From assembly GCA_016187745.1 (NCBI GenBank), contig JACPJC010000001.1, positions 1-29,556 on the forward strand: 29,556 bases of DNA, in the 5' to 3' direction. Positions 1-8,286 of the stretch are shown in pieces. Numbering within the stretch: the stretch's first letter is position 1; each line of letters begins with the position of its first letter. A program made the translations under genes and the position numbers. The notes below the pieces were generated by a model. The model was not told where the DNA came from and searched no databases. It saw only the letters and a list, made by a program, of their open reading frames with translations. The DNA is from Candidatus Iainarchaeum sp. Lineage in GTDB: Archaea; Iainarchaeota; Iainarchaeia; Iainarchaeales; JAXPJC01.

Positions 1-523
1 CGAGCGTATCTGTGCCATGGCCTATTATTATCCCCCTGGTCCCCTGCTTTATTTCATTTGCAACAGCGCCAGCGATTTTTTTGTAATCAGAAAAGCGCAA
101 GTCCTCCGACATTATGTTGCCTATCAGCTCTGCTTTAAAATTTGCAATCTGCGCAAGCTCAGGGAACATCGTAAGCAAGTCCTCCGGAGAGAAGGCGGCA
201 TAAACCCCTCCGGTTGAATAATTAACGCGCGATGCCAATGTTCCCCCGGTATGGAGGATTGCAATTGTAGGGAGCTCAGGGTTCTTTTTAATTTCAACAG
301 CTTTCGGCTTTCCGACTATTTGCCCAGGGCTTATTTTCCTTATGCTCCTTATTTTTTCCGCTTCAATCCCGATATTGTAGCCGCTTGGAAGCTTCAGCGT
401 GAGCGCCCCGGAATCCGCGCTAGGGATTATGGTTCCAGAATACTGCGCCGAATCATCACTGTGCACTTCAACAACATCGCCTTCCCTGAGCGAGAATTTT
501 TTCAGCAGGTTTGAATAATTCAT
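1..523 (-). CDS. gatD: Glutamyl-tRNA(Gln) amidotransferase subunit D, N-terminal part (runs off the window edge)
   Basis: Not in the ORF track. Manual translation from ATG at 523: MNYSNLLKKFSLREGDVVEV...LKLPSGYNIGIE...IAILHTGGTLASRVNYSTGGV...GHGTDTL. This is the GatD N-terminal domain plus the asparaginase TGGT and HGTDT motifs. Confidence 0.95.
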   Translation of the reverse strand, partial: MNYSNLLKKFSLREGDVVEVHSDDSAQYSGTIIPSADSGALTLKLPSGYNIGIEAEKIRSIRKISPGQIVGKPKAVEIKKNPELPTIAILHTGGTLASRVNYSTGGVYAAFSPEDLLTMFPELAQIANFKAELIGNIMSEDLRFSDYKKIAGAVANEIKQGTRGIIIGHGTDTL

Positions 524-587
524 AAGCGCCAATTAAATTACACATAAACTCTTTTTATAGGTTTAGCATGCGCCATCAAGCGCTTTG

Positions 588-1547
588 TCATGAGAGCTCC
601 GTTACCATGCAAATGCCATCAAATGCTTCTCTTATTTCATACGCAAATCCAGGCTCCGCGGATTCGAATGTTTTTCCCGCGCTTTTTACCTTCCATGCAT
701 CCCTGCACTCAAACGCATATGTGCAGCTATTGCAGAAGCTTTTGCGCCTGCATTTATCTGATTCCGAATTGTATGTTGCATAGCCTTCCTGCGTTGTAGC
801 ATTGCACAAGTTAATTGCGCCAATTGCCTCGAATGTTTTCTCCGCAGAATCAAAGCCCGCATCCTCGGCGCTTGCAATGATTTCAACTGCATAATTCCCT
901 GATTCCCCAATCAGCAGCTCAATTTCAGCATTTAATCCAGCGCCAGCATCAATGTTCCCAAGGGTCTTCTCATTCTGCCTCACAAACTCCTTCTTCCATT
1001 CAAAATCAGCGAAATAGCGCCTGTATATCTTTGCAGTCGCCTTCACATTCCTCGCCTCAACATCCCCCGTGTTTTTCACAACAAATTTCGCAATATTCTC
1101 GCTTTTGCCCAAATCAATGCTCTCCTTTACCTGCGCTTCCCTTATTTCAAGCTGCGCAGGCTCCTTCCCGAAATAAATTTTGCATGTGAAAAGATCATGC
1201 GCGTATGCGCACCTTGCGCTTGCAGTTGTCAGGATATTGCGCTTCACTTTCATTTCTCTCTCATCATATGAGATGTAATCAAGGCACAGCTCCGCGGAAT
1301 TGCAGCTGAAGGCAACGCTCCTGTTGTCCGAATCAAAATTCTCAGCCCTGAGATTTGCACCGCTTGTTAGCTGTATGCTTGCGGACTTGTATTTTCCTGG
1401 GGAAAATTCAGCCTCGGTAAGAAGGACCCCGATTTCCCTCTCAACATCCTGCGTCTGCAAAAAATATGGCAGTATGTAATTCAGAAGTACCATTATCAGC
1501 GCAATTGCAGCAATTGCAGAAACCAGCATCTTGAATGCAGTATCCAT
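588..1547 (-). CDS. Membrane-anchored surface protein with CARDB/Ig-like domain and Cys-rich C-terminus
   Basis: N-terminal hydrophobic helix; FVVKNTGDVEARNV is a CARDB-like signature; several paired cysteines. Confidence 0.7.
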   Translation of the reverse strand: MDTAFKMLVSAIAAIALIMVLLNYILPYFLQTQDVEREIGVLLTEAEFSPGKYKSASIQLTSGANLRAENFDSDNRSVAFSCNSAELCLDYISYDEREMKVKRNILTTASARCAYAHDLFTCKIYFGKEPAQLEIREAQVKESIDLGKSENIAKFVVKNTGDVEARNVKATAKIYRRYFADFEWKKEFVRQNEKTLGNIDAGAGLNAEIELLIGESGNYAVEIIASAEDAGFDSAEKTFEAIGAINLCNATTQEGYATYNSESDKCRRKSFCNSCTYAFECRDAWKVKSAGKTFESAEPGFAYEIREAFDGICMVTELS

Positions 1548-1551
1548 ATTC

Positions 1552-1770
1552 TCATCTCACTGTCTTTCTCCATTGGAATATCAGCAGCTTCCTGAGCACA
1601 TAGCTGAAAACAAAAAGCAGCAGCGTAATATAAATATACATGGTCCAGTCCCCCGTGAACCAGAACCAGCGCTTGAATTCCGAGGCCCAGGCGCCTGTTG
1701 CAATCAGCATATATGCGACAATCCCGAACGCCAGCAAGAACAGGAATACGCGTTCAACTGTTAAGAGCAC
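1552..1770 (-). CDS. Small two-TM membrane protein
   Basis: Two hydrophobic segments. GTG start at 1770 preferred because the longer ORF overlaps the ligase 3' end. Ends 4 nt before the next gene's start. Confidence 0.65.
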   Translation of the reverse strand: MLLTVERVFLFLLAFGIVAYMLIATGAWASEFKRWFWFTGDWTMYIYITLLLFVFSYVLRKLLIFQWRKTVR

Positions 1771-1810
1771 GGCATGAGTGCGCCTCTGCGCGCTCGGAAT
1801 TCTGTTTCTT

Positions 1811-3682
1811 CTACGCCGCATCTGTTCCCACATCCTCTGTTTTGACGCGCTTCTGCAATTTGTACATGTCAATTATTTCCTTTACAGTTGTTGCCTCTTC
1901 CGCCTTCCTGTCAGTGCGCAATTTAATCATCCTCGGGAAGCGCAATGCATATCCGTCAGTGTCTTTTTCATTCCTGCCCGCAGTGTGCATGGGGCTTTTT
2001 GTGATTTCGTCAGCCCTTGCCTCAATGACATATTTCGGCTCAACCCACACATCCGGCTCCAAAAGCGAATCAACCCTCGCAGGCTTATTGCCCCTCTTTA
2101 TTTTGTCAAGCATTTTTTTCATTTCAACCATGCCCTCTTCCGTAAATCCGCTTCCAACCTTCGCAAGCGTCCTGAATTTGTCCTCCTTCTCATCATAAAC
2201 CCCGCTCAATAATGCGCCCAGTCCGAATTCAGTGCGCAATCCCTTCCCTTTATAGTAACCTAAAATCACAACATCAACGCTGTCCTCAAGCGCGCCCCTG
2301 TAGGAGCGCTTCAGCTTTATCCACGCGAATTTTCGCGCACCGGCAATGTATTTTGCATTCAGGTCCTTTGCAATTATCCCCTCAAGCCCCTTTGAAATGC
2401 TGTCCTCGAAGAATTTCTCCATTTCCTTCGGGCTGTCAGTTATAATGCTTTTTGTAAGCTCAATTGCATCCCCCTTCTTTATTATTTTATCAAGCTCCCT
2501 GCGCCTTTCGGAGAAAGGCAAATTCATCAGATTTTTTCCATCCCTGTACAACAAATCAAAAACAAAAAGTTTGAGGGGATATTCCTCAGCCTTCTCCGCA
2601 ATGTCATATTTTCTCTTGCGCTGCATCGTTATCTGGAAAGGGAAGTATTCCCCTGTTTGTTCGTTCACTGCAAGCGCCTCCCCCTCAAGGATTGCGTCCT
2701 TCGCATTTATCTGCCTGCGCGCAGCTTCTATTATTTCAGGAAACATGCTTGTCATGTTCTCCTGGCGCCTGCTGAAAAGCAGTATTTCATTACCTTTTTT
2801 GTGCACTGCAATCCTGAAGCCGTCGTATTTTGCCTCGCACGCGCACTTTCCGATCTTCCTTATTATTTCCTCTGAGCTCGGAAGCCTTTCCGCAAGGCTC
2901 GGCCTTATCGGAATTCCCGGCTCAATGTCAATTTCCCTGAGCCCATCCAAGCCCTTCTGCTTCAGCAGTTTTGCAACATTCCCCAGATCCGGGCGCACAT
3001 TGTACTTGTCCTCAATCATCTCGCGCAGCCTGAATTTCAGCCTCCTTTCAATTTCCTCATTGCGCTTCTCCTCTTTCGTTTCCTTCAGCTCTTTTTCAAT
3101 TTCCTGCATTATTTTTTTGTTTTTTCGCAGCTCGCCAATAAAATTGATTGCAAACGCGTCCATTATTGTGGGATCCCCGACCCCGAGGCGCAAATTCTGC
3201 AGGGGAATGCGCACAAGGTATTTCGCCTCAACCGGCTTTGCGCTGTTCAGAAGCTCCGCAAGCAGCTTTATTTTTGCCTCCTGGCTGCCTGTCCCAGAAG
3301 CCTTTGAAATTTTCATCAGATTCTCATAAACCTTCAGTACTGTGAGCTCCGCGCTGAACAATGCGGACTGCCTTTTTTTCCCTGAAACCTTCTCCGCAAC
3401 AAGGCCCAGGTCCCCAAGCTCCTTGAACAATTTCTCAATCTCCTCGCGCGTGTAGCCCGAAACCTTGCTCAAAGCTTCCATTACGAATTTCTCCCCCATC
3501 CCCACATCTATCTGCATATAAGCGGGCGCAAGCTGGCCCTGGCACAGGTAAATTATTTTTTCAATCTCATTCGCATTCGCCTCCTTGAACAGCCCTGACA
3601 GCAAATCAGTCATCTCCAGGCGCGAGGGCGTTGCCTCAAGCCTCTCAAAGTATTCGCTCAACTTCCTGAACTGCATGCTCAT
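1811..3682 (-). CDS. lig: ATP-dependent DNA ligase (archaeal type)
   Basis: EAKYDGFR adenylation motif, EGIIAK, WIKLKRSY, ALRFPR; N-terminal DNA-binding domain. Confidence 0.97.
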   Translation of the reverse strand: MSMQFRKLSEYFERLEATPSRLEMTDLLSGLFKEANANEIEKIIYLCQGQLAPAYMQIDVGMGEKFVMEALSKVSGYTREEIEKLFKELGDLGLVAEKVSGKKRQSALFSAELTVLKVYENLMKISKASGTGSQEAKIKLLAELLNSAKPVEAKYLVRIPLQNLRLGVGDPTIMDAFAINFIGELRKNKKIMQEIEKELKETKEEKRNEEIERRLKFRLREMIEDKYNVRPDLGNVAKLLKQKGLDGLREIDIEPGIPIRPSLAERLPSSEEIIRKIGKCACEAKYDGFRIAVHKKGNEILLFSRRQENMTSMFPEIIEAARRQINAKDAILEGEALAVNEQTGEYFPFQITMQRKRKYDIAEKAEEYPLKLFVFDLLYRDGKNLMNLPFSERRRELDKIIKKGDAIELTKSIITDSPKEMEKFFEDSISKGLEGIIAKDLNAKYIAGARKFAWIKLKRSYRGALEDSVDVVILGYYKGKGLRTEFGLGALLSGVYDEKEDKFRTLAKVGSGFTEEGMVEMKKMLDKIKRGNKPARVDSLLEPDVWVEPKYVIEARADEITKSPMHTAGRNEKDTDGYALRFPRMIKLRTDRKAEEATTVKEIIDMYKLQKRVKTEDVGTDAA

Positions 3683-3859
3683 ATTTAGCGCATTTTGGTT
3701 TAATTAAGTTTTGCTGGGCAACCAAAACCCATTTAAACAGCTTTGACAACAGGTTTTATTGATGAACATGAAAAGTGATTGCCTTCCAGCAGCTTGAAAT
3801 TGCTTCTGATTTTAATTACTTATTTAAACCATCTGCAATTCCATATTTATATACTGAAA

Positions 3860-4003
3860 GGGGCATTAGTCTAGCCTGGTCCAGGATTTGCGCTTTGGGA
3901 AAGCCTTTTTCTTTAGGAAAGAAAAAGCCTTGGGAAAAAGAAACTCGGGCTGAAAGGGCTTTCAAATCAGCGCACGACTCCGGTTCAAATCCGGAATGCC
4001 CCA
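3860..4003 (+). tRNA. tRNA-Pro(TGG) with 69-nt intron at 37/38 (3900..3968)
   Basis: Acceptor GGGGCAT/ATGCCCC-A; anticodon stem TGCGC/GCGCA; loop TT-TGG-G|intron|A; T arm TCCGG-TTCAAAT-CCGGA; TTTG/CAAA central helix of a BHB-like motif. Confidence 0.93.
3903..3943. repeat. REP/MITE-like hairpin element, copy 1 (inside the tRNA intron)
   Basis: CTTTTTCTTT-AGG-AAAGAAAAAG 10-bp hairpin followed by CCTTGGGAAAAAGAAA; similar to the copy at 4008..4059. Confidence 0.6.
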
Positions 4004-4007
4004 CACA

Positions 4008-4131
4008 GCCCCTTTTCTTTTTGGAAAAAAGAAAAGGCCCTGGGGTTCAAAAGAAAAAACGTTCAGGTTTTACCCCAAAAGAAAATACATTTGAGGTTAC
4101 CCAAAGAAAAAATAAGTTTCAGGAAAAGAAA
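4008..4131. repeat. REP/MITE-like hairpin element, copy 2, plus degenerate tail repeats in the inter-tRNA spacer
   Basis: CCTTTTCTTTTT-GGA-AAAAAGAAAAGG 12-bp hairpin, then CCCTGGGGTTCAAAAGAAAAA, then AGGTTTTACCCCAAAAGAAAATA and AGGTTACCCAAAGAAAAAATA. Confidence 0.6.
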
Positions 4132-4216
4132 GGGGCGTTAGTCTAGCCTGGTAGGACATGCGCTTGGGGTTCCAAACAACATGTGCATAACCGGGGTTCA
4201 AATCCTCGACGCCCCA
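4132..4216 (+). tRNA. tRNA-Pro(GGG) with 12-nt intron at 37/38 (4170..4181)
   Basis: Acceptor GGGGCGT/ACGCCCC-A; anticodon stem TGCGC/GTGCA; loop TT-GGG-G|TTCCAAACAACA|T; T arm CGGGG-TTCAAAT-CCTCG; 73 nt after intron removal. Confidence 0.9.
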
Positions 4217-4228
4217 CTAAGTGAGAAA

Positions 4229-5020
4229 ATGAATTTCAATAATGCAAAAAGGGTTGTCGTGAAAATAGGGACAAATGCGCTGATGCGCGGCAATGAGCCT
4301 GACACTGGAATCATGGCAGGGCTTGTGGATGATTTGTGCAAGCTGCGCAGGGGAAGAAAGGAAATAATCCTTGTTACCAGCGGGGCAGTGGGCTTCGGTA
4401 AAGGAAGATTAAACTATGAAGGAAATTCTGGTGGAGTGATAATGCAGCAGGTTTTTGCAGCCGTAGGGCAGAATCTGCTGATGCGGAGATACACGGCATT
4501 GTTTGATTTATATTCCCAGCCGATTGCGCAGGTGCTCCTGACGCAGAGGGATTTCGCCAATAAGAATTCCCTGGGCAACCTCAGGAATACGCTGAACAAG
4601 CTGCTTGATCTTGGGGCAATCCCCATCGTTAATGAGAATGATGTAACTGCAACAGAGGAGCTTGCATCAAAGAAGGCCTTTTCGGACAATGACATGCTTG
4701 CGGCATTGGTCGCAAAGACGATGAATGCGGAATTGCTTGTTGTGCTTACTGATGTTGATGGGATATACAGCACAAACCCCAAAACAGATAAAAAAGCCGC
4801 TTTGGTCAGGGAAATAAGTTCCCTAACCGCTCTTGAGCGGATTGCGGCAGGCGGCAAGTCAAAGCCCGGCAGGGGCGGAATGAAAACAAAAATAGATGCA
4901 GCAAAACTCGCATGCAAATCGGGCATAGCGACAGTGATAACAAGAGCAACACACACGGCGCTTTCGGAAATTTATTCCGATAAATTCTCAGGCACAACAA
5001 TTCTCCCAAAGAGTTTATAA
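4229..5020 (+). CDS. proB: Glutamate 5-kinase (no PUA domain)
   Basis: VVVKIGT, VTSGAVGFG, AAVGQNLL, PIVNENDV, FSDNDMLAA, GRGGMKTKI. Start moved to ATG 4229 because the ORF-track start lies inside the tRNA. Confidence 0.93.
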   Translation: MNFNNAKRVVVKIGTNALMRGNEPDTGIMAGLVDDLCKLRRGRKEIILVTSGAVGFGKGRLNYEGNSGGVIMQQVFAAVGQNLLMRRYTALFDLYSQPIAQVLLTQRDFANKNSLGNLRNTLNKLLDLGAIPIVNENDVTATEELASKKAFSDNDMLAALVAKTMNAELLVVLTDVDGIYSTNPKTDKKAALVREISSLTALERIAAGGKSKPGRGGMKTKIDAAKLACKSGIATVITRATHTALSEIYSDKFSGTTILPKSL

Positions 5021-5046
5021 ATAACTTCCAACTAAGTGATTAGCAT

Positions 5047-6519
5047 ATGGCGCAGGAAAACCAGAAGGAAGAGAAAATCACCTTCAATATTGACAAGGAC
5101 AGGAACTTCTCCGAATGGTTCACTGAAATAATCAAGGTGGCGGAGCTTGCGGATATGCGCTACAATGTGAAGGGCTTTGTCGTTTTCCAGCCCTGGAGCG
5201 TGCTTGCAATGGAAGCGATGTACGACTTGTATGAGAGGGCGCTGCAAAGAAAGGGCCACAATCCCATGTGGTTTCCGGCGGTAATTCCCGAAAAGAATTT
5301 TTTCCTTGAAAGGTCGCATGTTGAGGGCTTTGCGCCTGAGGTTTTCTGGATAACAGAGCACGGCGCAAGTGAGAAATTGGAAGAGAAACTGGCGCTGCGC
5401 CCGACTTCAGAAACCGCAATCTACCAGATGTATTCCCTCTGGATACGCTCCTACAAGGATCTGCCCTTCAAGGCATATCAGCGCGCGCAGGTCTGGAGGC
5501 ATGAAACAAAGGCAACAAGGCCTTTTTTGAGAAGCCGCGAATTTTACTGGATTGAGGCGCATGATGTTTTTGCAAATGAGGAAGGCGCAATGAGGCAGGT
5601 CCATGAGGATATGGAAATTGCTGAAGAAATTCTTCACAAAAAATTCGGGGTTCCATTCATTTTTTTCAAGCGCCCCCAGTGGGACAAGTTTGCAGGCGCT
5701 GTTAATACCTATGCTGCAGATGCGATAATGCCCAATGGAAAAATTGTCCAGCAGCCTTCCACGCACCTCCTTGAGCAGAATTTCTCAAAGGCATTTGATG
5801 TGAAATTCAGGGATTCTGACGGGAATGAGAAATATGCATACATTACCTGTTACGGCCCCTGCATTTCGCGCATGTTCGCAAGCGTAATAGCGATGCACGG
5901 CGATTCCAAAGGGCTGAAATTCCCTTTCGAAATTGCGCCGAAGCAGATTGTCATTGTGCCGATTGCCGCGGATAAAAATAATGCGGTCATGAAGAAGGCG
6001 CAGGAGCTTGCGGATTTACTTTCCGCAAATTACCGCGTTGAAATCGATGCAAGCGAAAAAAGCCCCGGGGAGAAATTCTATTACTGGGAGATGAAGGGAG
6101 TTCCCCTGAGGATAGAGCTTGGCCCGAAGGAAGTAAAGGAAAAGAAGCTGACAATTTACAGGCGCGACACGAACAAGAAGGAAGCGGTAAGCGAGAAGCA
6201 GTTGCTGAAGTTTGTTGAAAGCTCCGCAGGGGAAATTACAGAAAATCTCTGCGCCTCGGCGGACAAATATTTCAGCGGAATAATAAAGGATGCCAAAAGC
6301 CTTGATGAGATAAAATCTGCGGTTGACTCCGGGAAAATCGCACGCACGAATTTCTGCTCAACAGAACTTGGCGGAGCAAAATGCGCGGAAACGATTGAAA
6401 AGCAGCTGGGCGCGAGGGTGCGCGGAACGCGAGTTGACAAAAGTGAAAAACCCTCAGGAAAATGCGCAGTCTGCGGGAAAGAAGCGAAAGAAGTCGTTTA
6501 TATTGCGAATGAGTATTAG
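5047..6519 (+). CDS. proS: Proline--tRNA ligase, archaeal/eukaryotic type
   Basis: FSEWFTEII, LALRPTSET, RHETKATRPFLRSREF, EMKGVPLRIELGP; C-terminal Zn domain ending ...IANEY. Confidence 0.97.
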   Translation: MAQENQKEEKITFNIDKDRNFSEWFTEIIKVAELADMRYNVKGFVVFQPWSVLAMEAMYDLYERALQRKGHNPMWFPAVIPEKNFFLERSHVEGFAPEVFWITEHGASEKLEEKLALRPTSETAIYQMYSLWIRSYKDLPFKAYQRAQVWRHETKATRPFLRSREFYWIEAHDVFANEEGAMRQVHEDMEIAEEILHKKFGVPFIFFKRPQWDKFAGAVNTYAADAIMPNGKIVQQPSTHLLEQNFSKAFDVKFRDSDGNEKYAYITCYGPCISRMFASVIAMHGDSKGLKFPFEIAPKQIVIVPIAADKNNAVMKKAQELADLLSANYRVEIDASEKSPGEKFYYWEMKGVPLRIELGPKEVKEKKLTIYRRDTNKKEAVSEKQLLKFVESSAGEITENLCASADKYFSGIIKDAKSLDEIKSAVDSGKIARTNFCSTELGGAKCAETIEKQLGARVRGTRVDKSEKPSGKCAVCGKEAKEVVYIANEY

Positions 6520-6986
6520 CCCACATAGCGGAGCTCATTCTCATTGCCCAAATCCAGCTCCATTATCTCCACAAGCGAATTGTCCAGCCGCTTGCTGTAC
6601 ATTCCGACAAACTCAAACCCGAATTCCCTATAAAGCGCTTTAGCCTTTTCATTTTTTTCCTTCACAAGCAATTGTATGCGCCTGCAGCCAGCGCCCTGCA
6701 TGAATTCAACCGCAAATTTCAGCAGTTCTCTTCCAATTCCGCGCGCGCGGAATTTCTCCTTTACCTCCAATCCATTCAATTTTCCCAGTTCCCCTGAACT
6801 GCCAATCTCAAAATCCACAAACCCCGCAAGTTCCTTATTGGCAACGGCCTTGTATATGAAATAGTTCTTCCTTCCTGTCCTTTCCCTTAATTTTTCAGGA
6901 GTGGCATTCATGTAGGGAAACTCCCTCATGATGAGCCCTGAAATTTCCCTGAAGTCGGAATCCTGCGCCTTCACAATCTGCATCAT
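6516..6986 (-). CDS. GNAT family N-acetyltransferase (RimI-like)
   Basis: VKEKFRARGIGRELL (motif A) and NEKAKALYREFGF (motif B). Confidence 0.9.
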   Translation of the reverse strand: MMQIVKAQDSDFREISGLIMREFPYMNATPEKLRERTGRKNYFIYKAVANKELAGFVDFEIGSSGELGKLNGLEVKEKFRARGIGRELLKFAVEFMQGAGCRRIQLLVKEKNEKAKALYREFGFEFVGMYSKRLDNSLVEIMELDLGNENELRYVG

Positions 6987-7666
6987 TTCACGCTTTTAAT
7001 GAACTGCTGTATTTCCTCCAGGGAAACAGCGCAGCCCCCGTATTTTGCAGCATAGAGCGCTGCTTCAAGCGCGAGCCTGGTTTTTTTGAGCTCCGGCTCA
7101 AAATAGCCCTTCTCATACGCATATGCAATAAGCTCAACGCTTCTCACGATTTTCACATTGACAAACATCCCCTGCAGTTCAGCAAGCTTTTCCGCATCAA
7201 TATCAACCTTGCTTTCATACTTCTCCTCCATCCTGTCCCGCAACCTGTAAGCGTCTTCCACAAGCATGCGCATTGTCCTCTCATCCATAACTATCAGGTC
7301 CGCATTTATTGAATTTGCAAGCGCAAGGGTTTCAATTTCCCCTGCGTGCACCAAACTTATCTTCTCTCGGGAAATCTCAAACAAGTTGTTTGCAAGCCCT
7401 TCTATGATTTTTGCGGAATTTTTTGCAGCGGCATTCAGTTTCATGATTTTTATTGCGCCTGAATCAACAGCATCCTTTATGCGCAGCGCATTAAGCTCAA
7501 AGCGCCTTATCTGCAGGGGATGGGAAACACTTTCATAATAAACGCTCTCGGGAATTATCAATTCGGCATTCTTCTCGGAAGAAATTGCGGAAATTATCCT
7601 CATCAGGCAGTTCTCGGAAACCGAAATCAATGAGCTGGTGTCAAACACAAGTTTCGCCATTTTCAT
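6983..7666 (-). CDS. PIN-domain protein (DUF3368-like), putative toxin/RNase
   Basis: Acidic PIN residues in VFDTSSL, AGEIETLALA and IVMDERTMR; 4-nt overlaps with both neighbours. Confidence 0.75.
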   Translation of the reverse strand: MKMAKLVFDTSSLISVSENCLMRIISAISSEKNAELIIPESVYYESVSHPLQIRRFELNALRIKDAVDSGAIKIMKLNAAAKNSAKIIEGLANNLFEISREKISLVHAGEIETLALANSINADLIVMDERTMRMLVEDAYRLRDRMEEKYESKVDIDAEKLAELQGMFVNVKIVRSVELIAYAYEKGYFEPELKKTRLALEAALYAAKYGGCAVSLEEIQQFIKSVK

Positions 7667-8223
7667 TTCCCCAGCGCCCTTTTCAATTCCTTCAGCCTTT
7701 CCCCGATGCCGAATTTTATTGCTTCCTCGTCATGCATCTTCGTAGCGCCAATGTACTGCAATAATTCCTTTTTGTCTGCCCCCGTCAATTCAGCAGCCCT
7801 GCTCAATGATATTCCAAAGGAATATGCGCGCGAAGCCTGCTTTATGCGCGCCTTGTCATATGTTCCCTGGACATAATTTCCAAGTTCGGAATCAACAGCG
7901 GCAATTCCCCCAATCACCCCGTGCAGCGCCTTCTCAAATCCCTTCAAATCGTTTTTCCCAATCATCGCAAGCGCATTGCCCAAATCCTTCCCAATCTCGG
8001 CCCTGAGCGCATCCCATTTCCCGCTCTCAGCAATATGCACCTTTGTGAGCAGCTTGTGCAGGGAATATGCAATGAGAGAAACCTCGCTCAGCAGGTGGCT
8101 TGATTTCAGCGCCGCAAGCCGGATTGCGTCATTGCTGATGTCCTTCAGCTCTATTATGCTCTGCTTTCCAAAAGCGCCTTCCATGCGCCCTGCAAACTCA
8201 AGCAGCTTTGAATTCTGCTCCAT
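7663..8223 (-). CDS. Helical protein with C-terminal UPF0175-like HTH, putative antitoxin partner of the PIN gene
   Basis: GISLSRAAELTG motif; translationally coupled to the PIN gene. Confidence 0.65.
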   Translation of the reverse strand: MEQNSKLLEFAGRMEGAFGKQSIIELKDISNDAIRLAALKSSHLLSEVSLIAYSLHKLLTKVHIAESGKWDALRAEIGKDLGNALAMIGKNDLKGFEKALHGVIGGIAAVDSELGNYVQGTYDKARIKQASRAYSFGISLSRAAELTGADKKELLQYIGATKMHDEEAIKFGIGERLKELKRALGK

Positions 8224-8286
8224 AGCCTATAATTAGAGCAAGGGTTGTTTTTATAGTTTTGCAGTAATGGTATTGAACACTCCCAA

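Noticed and set aside
17-514. Two + strand ORFs at the window start
   Set aside because: They are antisense to gatD, which the ORF track missed because it runs off the edge.
2346-3329. Long antisense ORFs (e.g. 327 aa opposite lig; others opposite proB, lar genes, thrC, DRG)
   Set aside because: Ser/Phe-rich shadow frames of well-supported genes with no recognisable motifs.
3758-3808. Second possible C/D sRNA (TTGATGA...CTGA)
   Set aside because: No convincing internal D'/C' boxes at guide spacing and no terminal stem.
4040-4131. CRISPR-like short repeats between the tRNAs
   Set aside because: Repeats are degenerate, spacers are under 10 nt, and there are no cas genes in the window.
3775-4146. 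123-aa ORF and the N-terminal extension of proB in the ORF track
   Set aside because: They overlap tRNA genes and low-complexity repeats.
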